DNA of 61,495 nt, filler included. It is 8 parts of 8 records of this genome, joined end to end, with 100 filler letters (N's around TTAATTAATTAA, not from the genome) between each part and the next. Parts side by side here need not be neighbours in the genome. Positions count along the whole stretch, not along the records: positions 22,168 to 30,295 come from SRR31156797_65424; positions 30,396 to 35,956 come from SRR31156797_65513; positions 36,057 to 44,981 come from SRR31156797_65660; 5 more parts are not named here. The stretch is one strand, 5' to 3'. Under the pieces are notes generated by a model that made no database searches, was not told the DNA's origin, and saw only the letters and a program-made list of their open reading frames with translations. This document shows, piece by piece, positions 28,458-36,218 of this stretch. The translations under genes were made by a program, and so were the position numbers. How positions within the stretch are numbered: position 1 is the stretch's first letter; each line of letters opens with the position of its first letter.

Positions 28458-28910
28458 ATGGTAAAAATAAAAAACATACTATTTCCCGTTGATTTATCGG
28501 CTGATTCATCAAAGATTTTTCCCTATGTGCTGTCCGTTTCTGAAAAATATGGCGGCAACATCTTCCTGCTTAATGTTGTGGAAGATTTTGCGAAATGGGG
28601 TGGCATTTATATCCCCCATATTCCCCTGGGACAGTACAAGGAAGAGGCCCTTAAGGGCGCTGAAAAGGCCCTTGACAGAGTCTGTGAGGAGCAATTACAG
28701 GGCTACCGTAACTTTCAAAAGAAGATTGTTTACGGCGATCCGGCCCAGGAAATCCTGAAAGCCATTGACACGGAAGGGATCGACCTTGTGGTGATGGGAA
28801 CGCATGGAAGAAAGGGATTGGAGAATGTCATTTTCGGAAGTGTAGCTCGAAAAGTGGTCAAAAGGTCTTCGGTTCCCGTATTGACCGTTAATCCTTACAA
28901 AGTGAAATGA
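28458..28910 (+). CDS. Universal stress protein (USP)
   Basis: ILFPVDLS, DLVVMGTHGRKG....FGSVA..VV...PVL. Confidence 0.95.
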   Translation: MVKIKNILFPVDLSADSSKIFPYVLSVSEKYGGNIFLLNVVEDFAKWGGIYIPHIPLGQYKEEALKGAEKALDRVCEEQLQGYRNFQKKIVYGDPAQEILKAIDTEGIDLVVMGTHGRKGLENVIFGSVARKVVKRSSVPVLTVNPYKVK

Positions 28911-28959
28911 GTTTGTAAACACAACATAAGTGACGTTTTTTTGGGACCTTATAACCATA

Positions 28960-29088
28960 ATGGAAAACTTTAAGAAGGCAGCTATCCTGGAAAACGAATT
29001 CGAGGCCCAACTGACGGCATCCGTTCTCGCGGAAAGAGGTATCCCTCACCGCCTCCGGTCTTACCACGGTGATTTTCGCTGTCGGTGA
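28960..29088 (+). pseudogene. Truncated DUF2007-like (putative signal-transducing) protein
   Basis: MENFKKAAILENEFEAQLTASVLAERGIPHRLRSYH, then an abrupt stop at 42 aa; too short for the ORF track. Confidence 0.55.
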
Positions 29089-29102
29089 AAGAATTATAGA
29101 AC

Positions 29103-29426
29103 ATGGAAAAATGGTCGAAAAGAGAAAAGCAAGTCGCAAGAAAGGCCTTTGACAAAGCCTATCAAAGAGAATGTAATGCCTTGATTGAACAAACCAAAGA
29201 AAAATCTCAGAAAATGACTTCACCTGATGAACTTTGGGAGCTACACGATCTGCTGTCAGAAGAACGAAAGCAAATCGATCAGAAATATGATTACCGATAT
29301 TCACAATTGGTCATGGTATTCGGCATCTTATTGCGACAGGGTTGGCTGTATGAAGCGGATATTGATGGATTGGCAGAAGATAAAGTTAGGCAAATCAACT
29401 CTATTGCCAGAGTGAAATATGATTGA
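29103..29426 (+). CDS. Fluorescence recovery protein (FRP)-like protein
   Basis: WS..E...A...F.KAYQRE ... LW.LHD.LS..R..ID.KYD.R.S....VF..LL..G ... L..DK...I, colinear with cyanobacterial FRP; 107 aa. Confidence 0.85.
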   Translation: MEKWSKREKQVARKAFDKAYQRECNALIEQTKEKSQKMTSPDELWELHDLLSEERKQIDQKYDYRYSQLVMVFGILLRQGWLYEADIDGLAEDKVRQINSIARVKYD

Positions 29427-29505
29427 AATTACAGATTGAGAAAATGAGAGGGTCTTAATTATTAACTATTGAACACGAATAATTAATATTTAAGATGCGA
29501 CCCCC

Positions 29506-29582
29506 ATGCATTGCAATAGTGCGACGGCAAAAAGCCGCCGCGCCAACGGGGCTGCGTATTGCCATCCACAGCCCCGTTGGGC
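29506..29582 (+). repeat. Degenerate/hybrid attC-like site ending in the core GTTGGGC
   Basis: Perfect stem CCAACGGGGCTG (29543-54) / CAGCCCCGTTGG (29569-80); GTTRRRY at 29576-82; preceded by GCGACGGCAAAAAGCCGCCGC, an attC-like central hairpin. Confidence 0.6.
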
Positions 29583-29602
29583 GGTTCAGATCCAGGTGTG
29601 CG

Positions 29603-30259
29603 ATGGATGCAACAGCGTATGACCAGTGGTACGAAACAACGCGCGGCCGGTGGATCGGGAAGTGCGAGACTTCTCTGCTCCTTGAGAGCCTGGCCCCTCG
29701 TGCAGGTGAATCACTGCTCGACATTGGTTGTGGTACCGGCTTCTTCACCCGATCACTTGCCGCCGCAGTAGACGGCCAGGTGGCAGGTATCGACATCAAT
29801 CCCGAGTGGGTGGCTTATGCACGTCGTCGCGAGGTATCCAGTGCAACTTATGCGGTTGCCGACGCCCGAGCGCTTCCTTACGCCAACGCGAGTTTTGATC
29901 TCGTCGTTTCGGTCACTGCCCTCTGCTTCATTCAGGAAAAAGTCGCTGCGGTTCGTGAGATTGTTCGTGTCGCTCGCCGCCGTTTCGGGATCGGATTTCT
30001 CAATCGACACAGTCTCCTTTGGTTGCAGAAAGGTTGGGGGGGAGGCCACGGCGGCTACCGTGGCGCGCACTGGTACACCGTCCCCGAGGTCAAGGCCCTC
30101 TTCCGCGACCTTCCTGTGAAACAACTTCGTGTATGCACGGCAATCCATGTTCCATCCGGAGGGAGAATGGCGCGGCTCGTCGAGCGTTTCTGGCCGTGCC
30201 TGCTTCCAACTGGTGCATTTATCCTTGTCGTTGGGGATGTTGCCAGGCCGGTTGATTGA
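29603..30259 (+). CDS. Class I SAM-dependent methyltransferase (gene cassette)
   Basis: LLDIGCGTG, GIDIN, ADARALPY...SFDLVVS. ATG lies 20 bp after GTTGGGC; ACCCA(AC) inverse core follows the stop. Confidence 0.9.
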   Translation: MDATAYDQWYETTRGRWIGKCETSLLLESLAPRAGESLLDIGCGTGFFTRSLAAAVDGQVAGIDINPEWVAYARRREVSSATYAVADARALPYANASFDLVVSVTALCFIQEKVAAVREIVRVARRRFGIGFLNRHSLLWLQKGWGGGHGGYRGAHWYTVPEVKALFRDLPVKQLRVCTAIHVPSGGRMARLVERFWPCLLPTGAFILVVGDVARPVD

Positions 30260-30266
30260 ACACCCA

Positions 30267-30295
30267 ATCGGGTAGCCGGGGGTCTTTCTCCCCCA
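30267..30295 (-). mobile_element. 3' end (domain VI) of a group IIC-attC intron, antisense to the cassette; truncated by the contig end
   Basis: Minus strand TGGGGGAGAAAGACCCCCGGCTACCCGAT| (AY terminus). The junction is top-strand ACCCA|, i.e. RYYYA/AC. Confidence 0.8.
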
Positions 30296-30395
30296 NNNNN
30301 NNNNNNNNNNNNNNNNNNNNNNNNNNNNNNNNNNNNNNNTTAATTAATTAANNNNNNNNNNNNNNNNNNNNNNNNNNNNNNNNNNNNNNNNNNNN
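30296..30395. other. Artificial contig spacer 4
   Basis: N44-TTAATTAATTAA-N44. Confidence 0.99.
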
Positions 30396-30453
30396 TTGGG
30401 TTAGCGGGTTGGCCTCCCACCAACTCGGGAAGCACACAGCTTTCAGGACGCAC
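30396..30453 (-). mobile_element. 5' end of a group II intron (class uncertain), truncated by the contig end
   Basis: Minus strand starts GTGCGTCCTGAAAGCTGTGTGCTTCCCGAGTTGGTGGGAGGCCAACCCGCT (GUGYG start). Homology of the adjacent repeat to its 33 kb copy stops at this point. Confidence 0.65.
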
Positions 30454-30629
30454 CCCGGAATTATGCGGCAAGCACCAGAATCACCTCGTTTCATGCCTCC
30501 TTCAACAGCCATTGGCCGCTTGTAGAGGCATTGAGCTTGGGCATGTGGCTTGCGTCTCATACACAATAAGCGATTTCTCGCTAACCCGTCTGAAAATAAG
30601 CTGTTTTCCAACTTTCGCACGTACTAATC
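30454..30629 (-). repeat. Repeat family A, copy 1 (recombination-site-like, about 175 bp)
   Basis: Minus strand GATTAGTACGTGCGAAA...GCATGAAACGAGGTGATTCTGGTGCTTGCCGCATAATTCCGGG. Confidence 0.75.
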
Positions 30630-30734
30630 AACAGATATACTCCCTTTCAAACAGAAAGCCATAAGCCAACTATATCCCAGCATCATATAGTAATAATAGC
30701 AGAGCGGATCGGCTGATGCTACATCGACGCACCA

Positions 30735-30786
30735 ATAAAAGCCATGGTGGGAAACGCAGGAAGCGGCCTTGACGATTCAACACTAC
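30735..30786 (+). pseudogene. Relic of a tyrosine recombinase box II region
   Basis: IKAMVG(N)AGSG / frameshift / LTIQHY resembles LGH...T..Y; points toward the tRNA att remnant. Confidence 0.35.
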
Positions 30787-31000
30787 AGACTCCCAATCAT
30801 CATGTGGCAGAATTGTACCTCGTCAAAACCTTGTATCGATCAGTCTCCGCAATGAACCTAATCCTCGATGCAGCCACAGAAGGCGCCAGCCCGCAAACTG
30901 CCTAGATATTGATGGCCAAACTGCCCCAATTTGCCCAGGTTTGCCGATTAATTAAAACAAGGGCCTTAGGGCTAACACTCTAAAACCCTTGAAATTACTT

Positions 31001-31050
31001 GAGCCGGTGATGGGATTTAAATTCGCGACCGGCTGATTACAAGTCAACTG
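31001..31050 (-). pseudogene. Degenerate 3' half of tRNA-Thr(UGU), probable att-site duplication
   Basis: Minus strand CAGTTGACTTGTAATCAGCCGGTCGCGAATTTAAATCCCATCACCGGCTC: TGT anticodon arm, mutated T arm, 3' acceptor strand, no 5' half. Confidence 0.75.
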
Positions 31051-31399
31051 ATATATACATTATTTTGTACGAGAGCAGAGGGTTTCAAATGTTTTATGTT
31101 GCAACGATCTGATCTGAATGTATATCATAGGAATTCAGCACTCCCCATAAGTAACTATCGGGCAACAGTTACCCAGCCAGCAGCTGGCCGGCCCAGGACC
31201 GCCCCCTATATGTAGTAGGCCCAATACCGGCTTGTTTCCTGGTCGATGATCCGACAAACATCACTTTTCCTGCTAAAGCCGGTGTGCTGCTCAAAGTGCA
31301 TATAATTGCTAAGTCGCTATCCGGTAAAATACGCCAACACCTTGCATAAATGGAGGTTTTACATACACTTATTTGTATTGAGTAAAGCTCTCACAATAA

Positions 31400-31484
31400 A
31401 TCCTGCCCGGGTAGGATGTGAAAATACGGAGTGTCGCTTAATGATCTAACCTCATCCTGAGTAGATCAACTTTTTTATTCATGC
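31400..31484 (+). repeat. Repeat family B, copy 1
   Basis: CGGGTAGGATGTGAAA..ACGG.GTG.........GATCT.ACC.CATCCTGAGTAGAT.AA...TTCATGC, shared with 32624-32735. Confidence 0.88.
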
Positions 31485-31679
31485 AAAATGCAAATCATAC
31501 CGGCCACTTAATTGCAATATGCACATATTTGAGTTATCTCTCCGTTGACTAGGTAAGATCATATTTTTTGTTTATCGAACGGGGAATCTCAAGATTTGAG
31601 GGCCACAATTTTCATGAAATGAAAGTTGTAGTAGGTGATTTCAGAGGACCGTCGAAATGGATTTAAGGAGTCCTCACCA

Positions 31680-32321
31680 TCACAATCGTTCAATACTAGG
31701 CAGCTTTAATTGTTTACGTCTTGAATATTCTAAAATCAAATTCACTGAAGACATCGAAAAGGACGCTTGGAGCGTTATCTCATTGAGATTTGTCAATTGA
31801 TACAGAATAATTTTCTGACATCCTTTTGAATCTATTGGAAAAAATGGAGCATCCGGCTCGCTGTGCATGAAGAAGTCACCTAGCTTGGCTCTACAAGTGC
31901 AGTGATTCATGAAATATCGAGAATGAGTTGTCTTAGAATAATCTTTGAAGTAAGTCGGGTAATGGCGCCTTATATAAATTTCTATTTGTTTCGGCATCAA
32001 TTCAATATCGCTGTAAATCAAAAACTCTTCTGTTACTGGGCCTGATTCATCAGCAAATCCCTGCGATGCCAAGGTCAAGACTTTTGCAGGGCGGCTGCAT
32101 TTCCAGCATGAAGATGATGACTCCAGTATGTAGATGGGAGGTAAAGCCCAAACTTTTCTTTCAGGATGTTCTACCGGTATCCATCTACAAAAAGGCTCAA
32201 GGTCAATTCCTACTGGGACGTACCATTTCTTCTTTTTAGGATTCCATTTTGCCCCAAGAGACTTCGCCTGATCTTTATCAGAAAATGGGACCTCAAGAAT
32301 CGTAGGCATTACCACATTCAT
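31680..32321 (-). CDS. DUF5710-domain protein with a Cys/His (Zn-binding-like) C-terminal domain
   Basis: LEVPFSDKDQAKSLGAKWNPKKKKWYVP; CWKC ... NHCTCRAKLGDFFMH; AT-rich. Confidence 0.8.
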   Translation of the reverse strand: MNVVMPTILEVPFSDKDQAKSLGAKWNPKKKKWYVPVGIDLEPFCRWIPVEHPERKVWALPPIYILESSSSCWKCSRPAKVLTLASQGFADESGPVTEEFLIYSDIELMPKQIEIYIRRHYPTYFKDYSKTTHSRYFMNHCTCRAKLGDFFMHSEPDAPFFPIDSKGCQKIILYQLTNLNEITLQASFSMSSVNLILEYSRRKQLKLPSIERL

Positions 32322-32529
32322 CTCCTTGAATTAACGGAATAGTGTGTATCGTATGATAAAAAGGGTTACCACAAATCGCCTCCCAAGAGGGCTTGACATC
32401 ACTGTGTGGTAGGCATGAATAATGCGTATTCGTCGACCTTAGCCATTTGAGTTGGACGCCTTATCAAGAAATTAACAAAATCTTATCCGGCTATAAGAAG
32501 TATTGGCAAGATAAAAATGAAGATCAAGA

Positions 32530-32638
32530 CCGTTTGTAAGAAACCATGAGATAATGCAACCTATCCACTACACAAATGTACCCGGAAGCCTTGAGCGACG
32601 CCGAGGCGAGACGGTGGATTGAGAATCTGCGCGGGTAG
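32530..32638 (+). pseudogene. C-terminal relic of a tyrosine recombinase (Desulfobacterales-type integrase)
   Basis: NLSTTQMYPEALSDAEARRWIENLRG*, comparable to the recalled family end LRHANLSTTQRYLGKVSD.EA.RWIENL.G*. Upstream codons are frameshifted or stopped. Confidence 0.6.
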
Positions 32639-32735
32639 GATGTGAAAGAACGGGGTGAGGAAGTTAGATCTCACCCCATCCTGAGTAGATAAAACTATCG
32701 TTCATGCGAACGGCTTTTTTGCTCGGCTGCGTTGT
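32624..32735 (+). repeat. Repeat family B, copy 2 (longest); begins at the integrase-relic stop codon
   Basis: Internal stems AGGATG/CATCCT and GGGGTGAG/CTCACCCC. The 5' part matches 31400-31484 and the 3' part matches 33672-33727. Confidence 0.88.
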
Positions 32736-32944
32736 ATCGCATTTTATGCACTGTTGGAGGAGGCTTGAGGTGAGTAGCTACGATAATGCTTGTCGGGCAT
32801 TTGATCACAATAATAGTTACCCTTCATGGCACAACATATAGGGAGGTGCAGGCGGCTTCCGCTCTTCCCTTCCGCCACCATTATCAGGCTGTTTTTGGGC
32901 ATTGTTGACGGAAAGGATTCGGCTTGACCGGGCTACTACCGATG

Positions 32945-33108
32945 GATTACTATGTCCGCAAATCGAGGAAACTTGTGATTTCTGAGAAATCGGCAAGAAT
33001 GAGCCTTTTGGTCGATGGATACAAGCTCTCCAACCCGGATCAAGGCTAACTCAACTAGCAGAATGCGTGAAACAAGGACATTTCGGTGCTTGCCGCATAA
33101 TTCCAGTT
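32945..33108 (+). repeat. Repeat family A, copy 2 (inverted relative to copy 1)
   Basis: GATTACTATGTCCGCAAA...GCGTGAAACAAGGACATTTCGGTGCTTGCCGCATAATTCCAGTT; 20-bp identity GGTGCTTGCCGCATAATTCC with copy 1. Confidence 0.8.
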
Positions 33109-33138
33109 AAAAACTTGTTTTGGATAGGAGGACATGGA

Positions 33139-33516
33139 ATGTTTAAGCTGTTGGACGGCAGTCAAGGCGAAGTTCTTGGGGTTGAGATTAGTGAAGGATA
33201 CACCAAAGCGGATATCGATGAATTTAAACGCGTATTCGAAGGCGCTTTGAAAGAAGCGGATAAAGTCAATCTATTGGTCAAAATAGATCAGATGAAAATT
33301 GCCAAGTCCGAGTTTGGAGCGTTCTGGGAAGACGCCCGCTACGCGTTGAAGCATTTGGATCAATTGGGTCGCATTGCGGTGGTTGGCGATAGCGGGTTTG
33401 AGGAAATTTTAATCAAAATGGATAATTTTATTTTTGAGAACAAAGAAAAAGGCCGTGAGGAAAAGTACTTTAACGCGACGGATATAGACAAGGCCTGGGA
33501 ATACGTGCGAGGTTAG
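33139..33516 (+). CDS. SpoIIAA-like (STAS/SEC14) domain protein
   Basis: AGGAGG RBS before the ATG at 33139; AFWED....LKH....RIAVVGD, KYF....IDKAWEY. Confidence 0.88.
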   Translation: MFKLLDGSQGEVLGVEISEGYTKADIDEFKRVFEGALKEADKVNLLVKIDQMKIAKSEFGAFWEDARYALKHLDQLGRIAVVGDSGFEEILIKMDNFIFENKEKGREEKYFNATDIDKAWEYVRG

Positions 33517-33554
33517 TGAAACGCTCGTTCATCAAGTTGGAAAAAGGCATATTG

Positions 33555-33619
33555 GGGCCATTCACCAATTCATCGATAAACCAGCGGTTCAGCTGGTAAG
33601 AATTGAAATGGCCCTTTTT
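33555..33619 (+). terminator. Long bulged hairpin with T-tract
   Basis: GGGCCATT/AATGGCCC, CAATTC/GAATTG, ACCAGC/GCTGGT, followed by TTTTT. Confidence 0.6.
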
Positions 33620-33650
33620 GTTACCTCTGGAGTATCCGGCAGGTTTTCCA

Positions 33651-33727
33651 GATTAGTACGTCCTCACAATAAGATAAAACAATCGATGTGATCGGCTTTC
33701 CTGTTCGGCTACGTGGTATCGCATTTT
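33651..33727 (+). repeat. Hybrid repeat: family A 5' motif joined to the family B 3' part
   Basis: GATTAGTACGTCC-TCACAATA-AGATAAAACAATCG...CGGCTTTCCTGTTCGGCTACGTGGTATCGCATTTT, against 32687-32735 AGATAAAACTATCG...CGGCTTTTTTGCTCGGCTGCGTTGTATCGCATTTT. Confidence 0.75.
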
Positions 33728-34040
33728 GTAGACTGTGCGATAGGGCGTTTACTGTGCATTAATTATGTTTTTTGTCAGATCAATGATGTGAAAAAAACTC
33801 GGTTGACCAGCCACAATATCTTGTTCGGTTTTTGTGGACAGCCGGCGCTTTATAAGGAAATCGGTTCGATATTTATATATCAATTGATTTCAACGCATTG
33901 AAATGGTACGATATTAAATGTCAATCAATCCGGATCAATTGGATTAGGATGAATGACATATTGTTAGATTTGGTTTTAGCATATACAACTGTTTTTAATG
34001 CCCTTTCGCTTATAACATCTCAACTTCAATACATTTTTCT

Positions 34041-35492
34041 TCAATGATAGTCCGCCCATTTGGGAGGCGCCTTGGGCTTCGGTTTCGTACCGTAAAATAT
34101 GTCATCCATGACGGAAAAAATACGTCTGGCAATGCTGTTTCTGGATATCATTGCGACAATCAACCTATGGGGAAATGTCCGGGCATGACTCCACGGGCAC
34201 ACCTTCATACAGACATTGCAGTCTGTTCCAACCTTCCCCCAATACTCAAAGCAAGAATCATCATTCAACTTCCATCGAAGCGATCCATTAACCGCCTTCG
34301 GATCGTCTTCCAATGGAATGGACTTGGAAGGGCAGCAGACCGCGCACTTCTTGCAGAACTTGCAGAAATCCACGACTCCAATGTCCACTGGCTTATCCGG
34401 GATGAGGGGAAGATCGGTGGTCACGGCGCCCAATCTGATTCTTGGACCAAACTCCTTTGTCATCAAGTACCCCAATCTGCCCAGTTCACCCAGACCCGCA
34501 TCCACTCCCAAAGGAGGTAGCATGACCTCGTAATGGCGAAGATGGTTTGCTGCAGCGGAATACCCGAGGTTGGCGATCATGGCGGCGAGTTGAACCGATA
34601 TAAAGGCCCCCTTTGCATAGTCTTTCATGCTTTCAACCACGGTTGGTGTATGGGGGGCAGGGCCGATCATCTCAAATGACATCTCTTCTGCAAAGACAAT
34701 GGCATATTGATGATCTATATGAATCTCTCCTCCCCAGTCGTCCCAATTATCGTTAAAAATCTCTCCCCTATGTGAGTACACCCACAAAGGATTGATCCTG
34801 GTCACGCCAACCAGATCCGCACCAAGGTTTTTGGCATAGCCCTTGACACGTTCCGTCGCCTCTTCAGGGGAAATTACGACTTTCTTTTTCTTCAACTTTT
34901 CCTTCAAAAGGAAATGGGATTCAGGCTTAACTTTGTCGGCGGTTGAAAGGTAATGAGGGATATTGAGAGAGGCCAGGGTCATGGCAATGTTAGCATCTGC
35001 CTGAGGCTTGTCTATGGCTCCGGGGGACCCTAAAGGTCCGCCTTTGCTCCTTCTTTCGGCGTCAATTTCTTCCTTGTCGGGATGCTCATTATAATAGGTT
35101 TTGTACTCTTCGGAGCCCTGCCGCAAACCTCGGTTTCTAGAGAAAACATGGTCTCTTTCGTCAAATCTCTTCACATCGCCTACAATCAAGCCTTTTGAGC
35201 CTGCCAGTGCTTTTGGATTTGCACCGATCCTTGCCAGCAGCAAAACGGCTAGCAAACCGGCAGTAACAAATCCTGCTACAAGGACATTAATCCCAATGTT
35301 TGTTTCAAAAAAACCACTCCATACAAGATAGAGAAAAACGATCAGTAAAGCAAACATTCCGAAAAACTGTAATAAGGCATAGAACGTTGCGCGCGGCTCT
35401 TTTTCCCAGATACATGAAATGAAAAAGCTCAAACCGATGTAGGCCTGAACAGCAAGAGACAGGACGCCCATAATAATCAAGAATTCCAGCAT
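34041..35492 (-). CDS. Reductive dehalogenase (RdhA)-like cobalamin/Fe-S protein with three N-terminal TM helices
   Basis: GADLVG, AGLGELGR.G......GPRIRL..VTTDLPL..DKP, FCKFCKKCAVCCP, C...W....DCNVCMKVCPW; hydrophobic N-terminus and no twin-Arg signal. Confidence 0.85.
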   Translation of the reverse strand: MLEFLIIMGVLSLAVQAYIGLSFFISCIWEKEPRATFYALLQFFGMFALLIVFLYLVWSGFFETNIGINVLVAGFVTAGLLAVLLLARIGANPKALAGSKGLIVGDVKRFDERDHVFSRNRGLRQGSEEYKTYYNEHPDKEEIDAERRSKGGPLGSPGAIDKPQADANIAMTLASLNIPHYLSTADKVKPESHFLLKEKLKKKKVVISPEEATERVKGYAKNLGADLVGVTRINPLWVYSHRGEIFNDNWDDWGGEIHIDHQYAIVFAEEMSFEMIGPAPHTPTVVESMKDYAKGAFISVQLAAMIANLGYSAAANHLRHYEVMLPPLGVDAGLGELGRLGYLMTKEFGPRIRLGAVTTDLPLIPDKPVDIGVVDFCKFCKKCAVCCPSKSIPLEDDPKAVNGSLRWKLNDDSCFEYWGKVGTDCNVCMKVCPWSHARTFPHRLIVAMISRNSIARRIFSVMDDIFYGTKPKPKAPPKWADYH

Positions 35493-35761
35493 GAATACCC
35501 CCTATAAGTTGGTAGAAGTAAAAACTCTTACTGCCGGATCAATCTTGGGCTATTTTTCCCGAATACTTATCATGGTTTTCTTATATCCATGATGCCTGTT
35601 CCCATGGCTCTCTTCACATCATCAAGCTTTTTCAACGCGACGGACAAGTTCTCTCATCAAGGCGTCCGCCCTATATCCAGGTAGATTTCTCGGACGGCAT
35701 GCGGTGTTCCGCCGCAGGCTGCCATGAGCAAGGCGACCATTCAGGCGTACGGCACGAATTG

Positions 35762-35941
35762 TCAGAATTCATCCTGTATTGATAAGCCCAGGTTGATATT
35801 CAGCATTTTCAGACTGGCTTGCATTCTCTGCACATTGCTCTTTAGCGCCGGAAAATCGCCGGCTTCCTCCATCAAGGCTTTCAGCTCTTTCCGAATCGTC
35901 GATATATGTGCTGTAAGGCTGTTCAGCTTTTGGTCGTCCAT
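35762..35941 (-). CDS. Small helical hypothetical protein (59 aa, below the ORF-track cutoff)
   Basis: GAGGTG RBS; MDDQKLNSLTAHISTIRKELKALMEEAGDFPALKSNVQRMQASLKMLNINLGLSIQDEF. Confidence 0.65.
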   Translation of the reverse strand: MDDQKLNSLTAHISTIRKELKALMEEAGDFPALKSNVQRMQASLKMLNINLGLSIQDEF

Positions 35942-35956
35942 AGATCACCTCATTAG

Positions 35957-36056
35957 NNNNNNNNNNNNNNNNNNNNNNNNNNNNNNNNNNNNNNNNNNNN
36001 TTAATTAATTAANNNNNNNNNNNNNNNNNNNNNNNNNNNNNNNNNNNNNNNNNNNN
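35957..36056. other. Artificial contig spacer 5
   Basis: N44-TTAATTAATTAA-N44. Confidence 0.99.
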
Positions 36057-36157
36057 TGCTCGAAGAAAAGGCGGATAAAAAATGGGACGGGCAAAGTGAT
36101 TATGAGAAATACAAAAGCAATACGCCGGTGTTGATCCCCAGGCCTCCCACAAATTGA
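36057..36157 (+). CDS. DUF1295 (steroid 5-alpha-reductase-like) protein, 3' end only
   Basis: LEEKADKKWDGQSDYEKYKSNTPVLIPRPPTN*. Confidence 0.7.
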
Positions 36158-36218
36158 TCCGGACAATTCATGTTAATGGATTGATTATTTTTGTTGAAAC
36201 ACTTAAAAACACAAGACA

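Noticed and set aside
30267-30453. One intron spanning spacer 4 (5' end at 30453, 3' end at 30267, both on the minus strand)
   Set aside because: The 3' junction is attC-type and requires a TTGT-like 5' exon continuing the attC, but the 5' exon seen is ...TTCCGGG in a different repeat. More likely two introns at arbitrarily adjacent contig ends.
33067-33138. N-terminal extension MKQGHFGACRIIPV on the SpoIIAA-like ORF, echoed in ORF 30348-30620
   Set aside because: It is translation of non-coding repeat family A; the real start with an RBS is at 33139.
33555-33622. Hairpin after the SpoIIAA-like gene as an attC site
   Set aside because: It lacks RYYYAAC and GTTRRRY ends; the T-tract fits a terminator better.
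30396-33727. CRISPR array in the repeat-rich region
   Set aside because: The repeats are long, divergent, irregularly spaced by about 1 kb and partly inverted; no cas genes.
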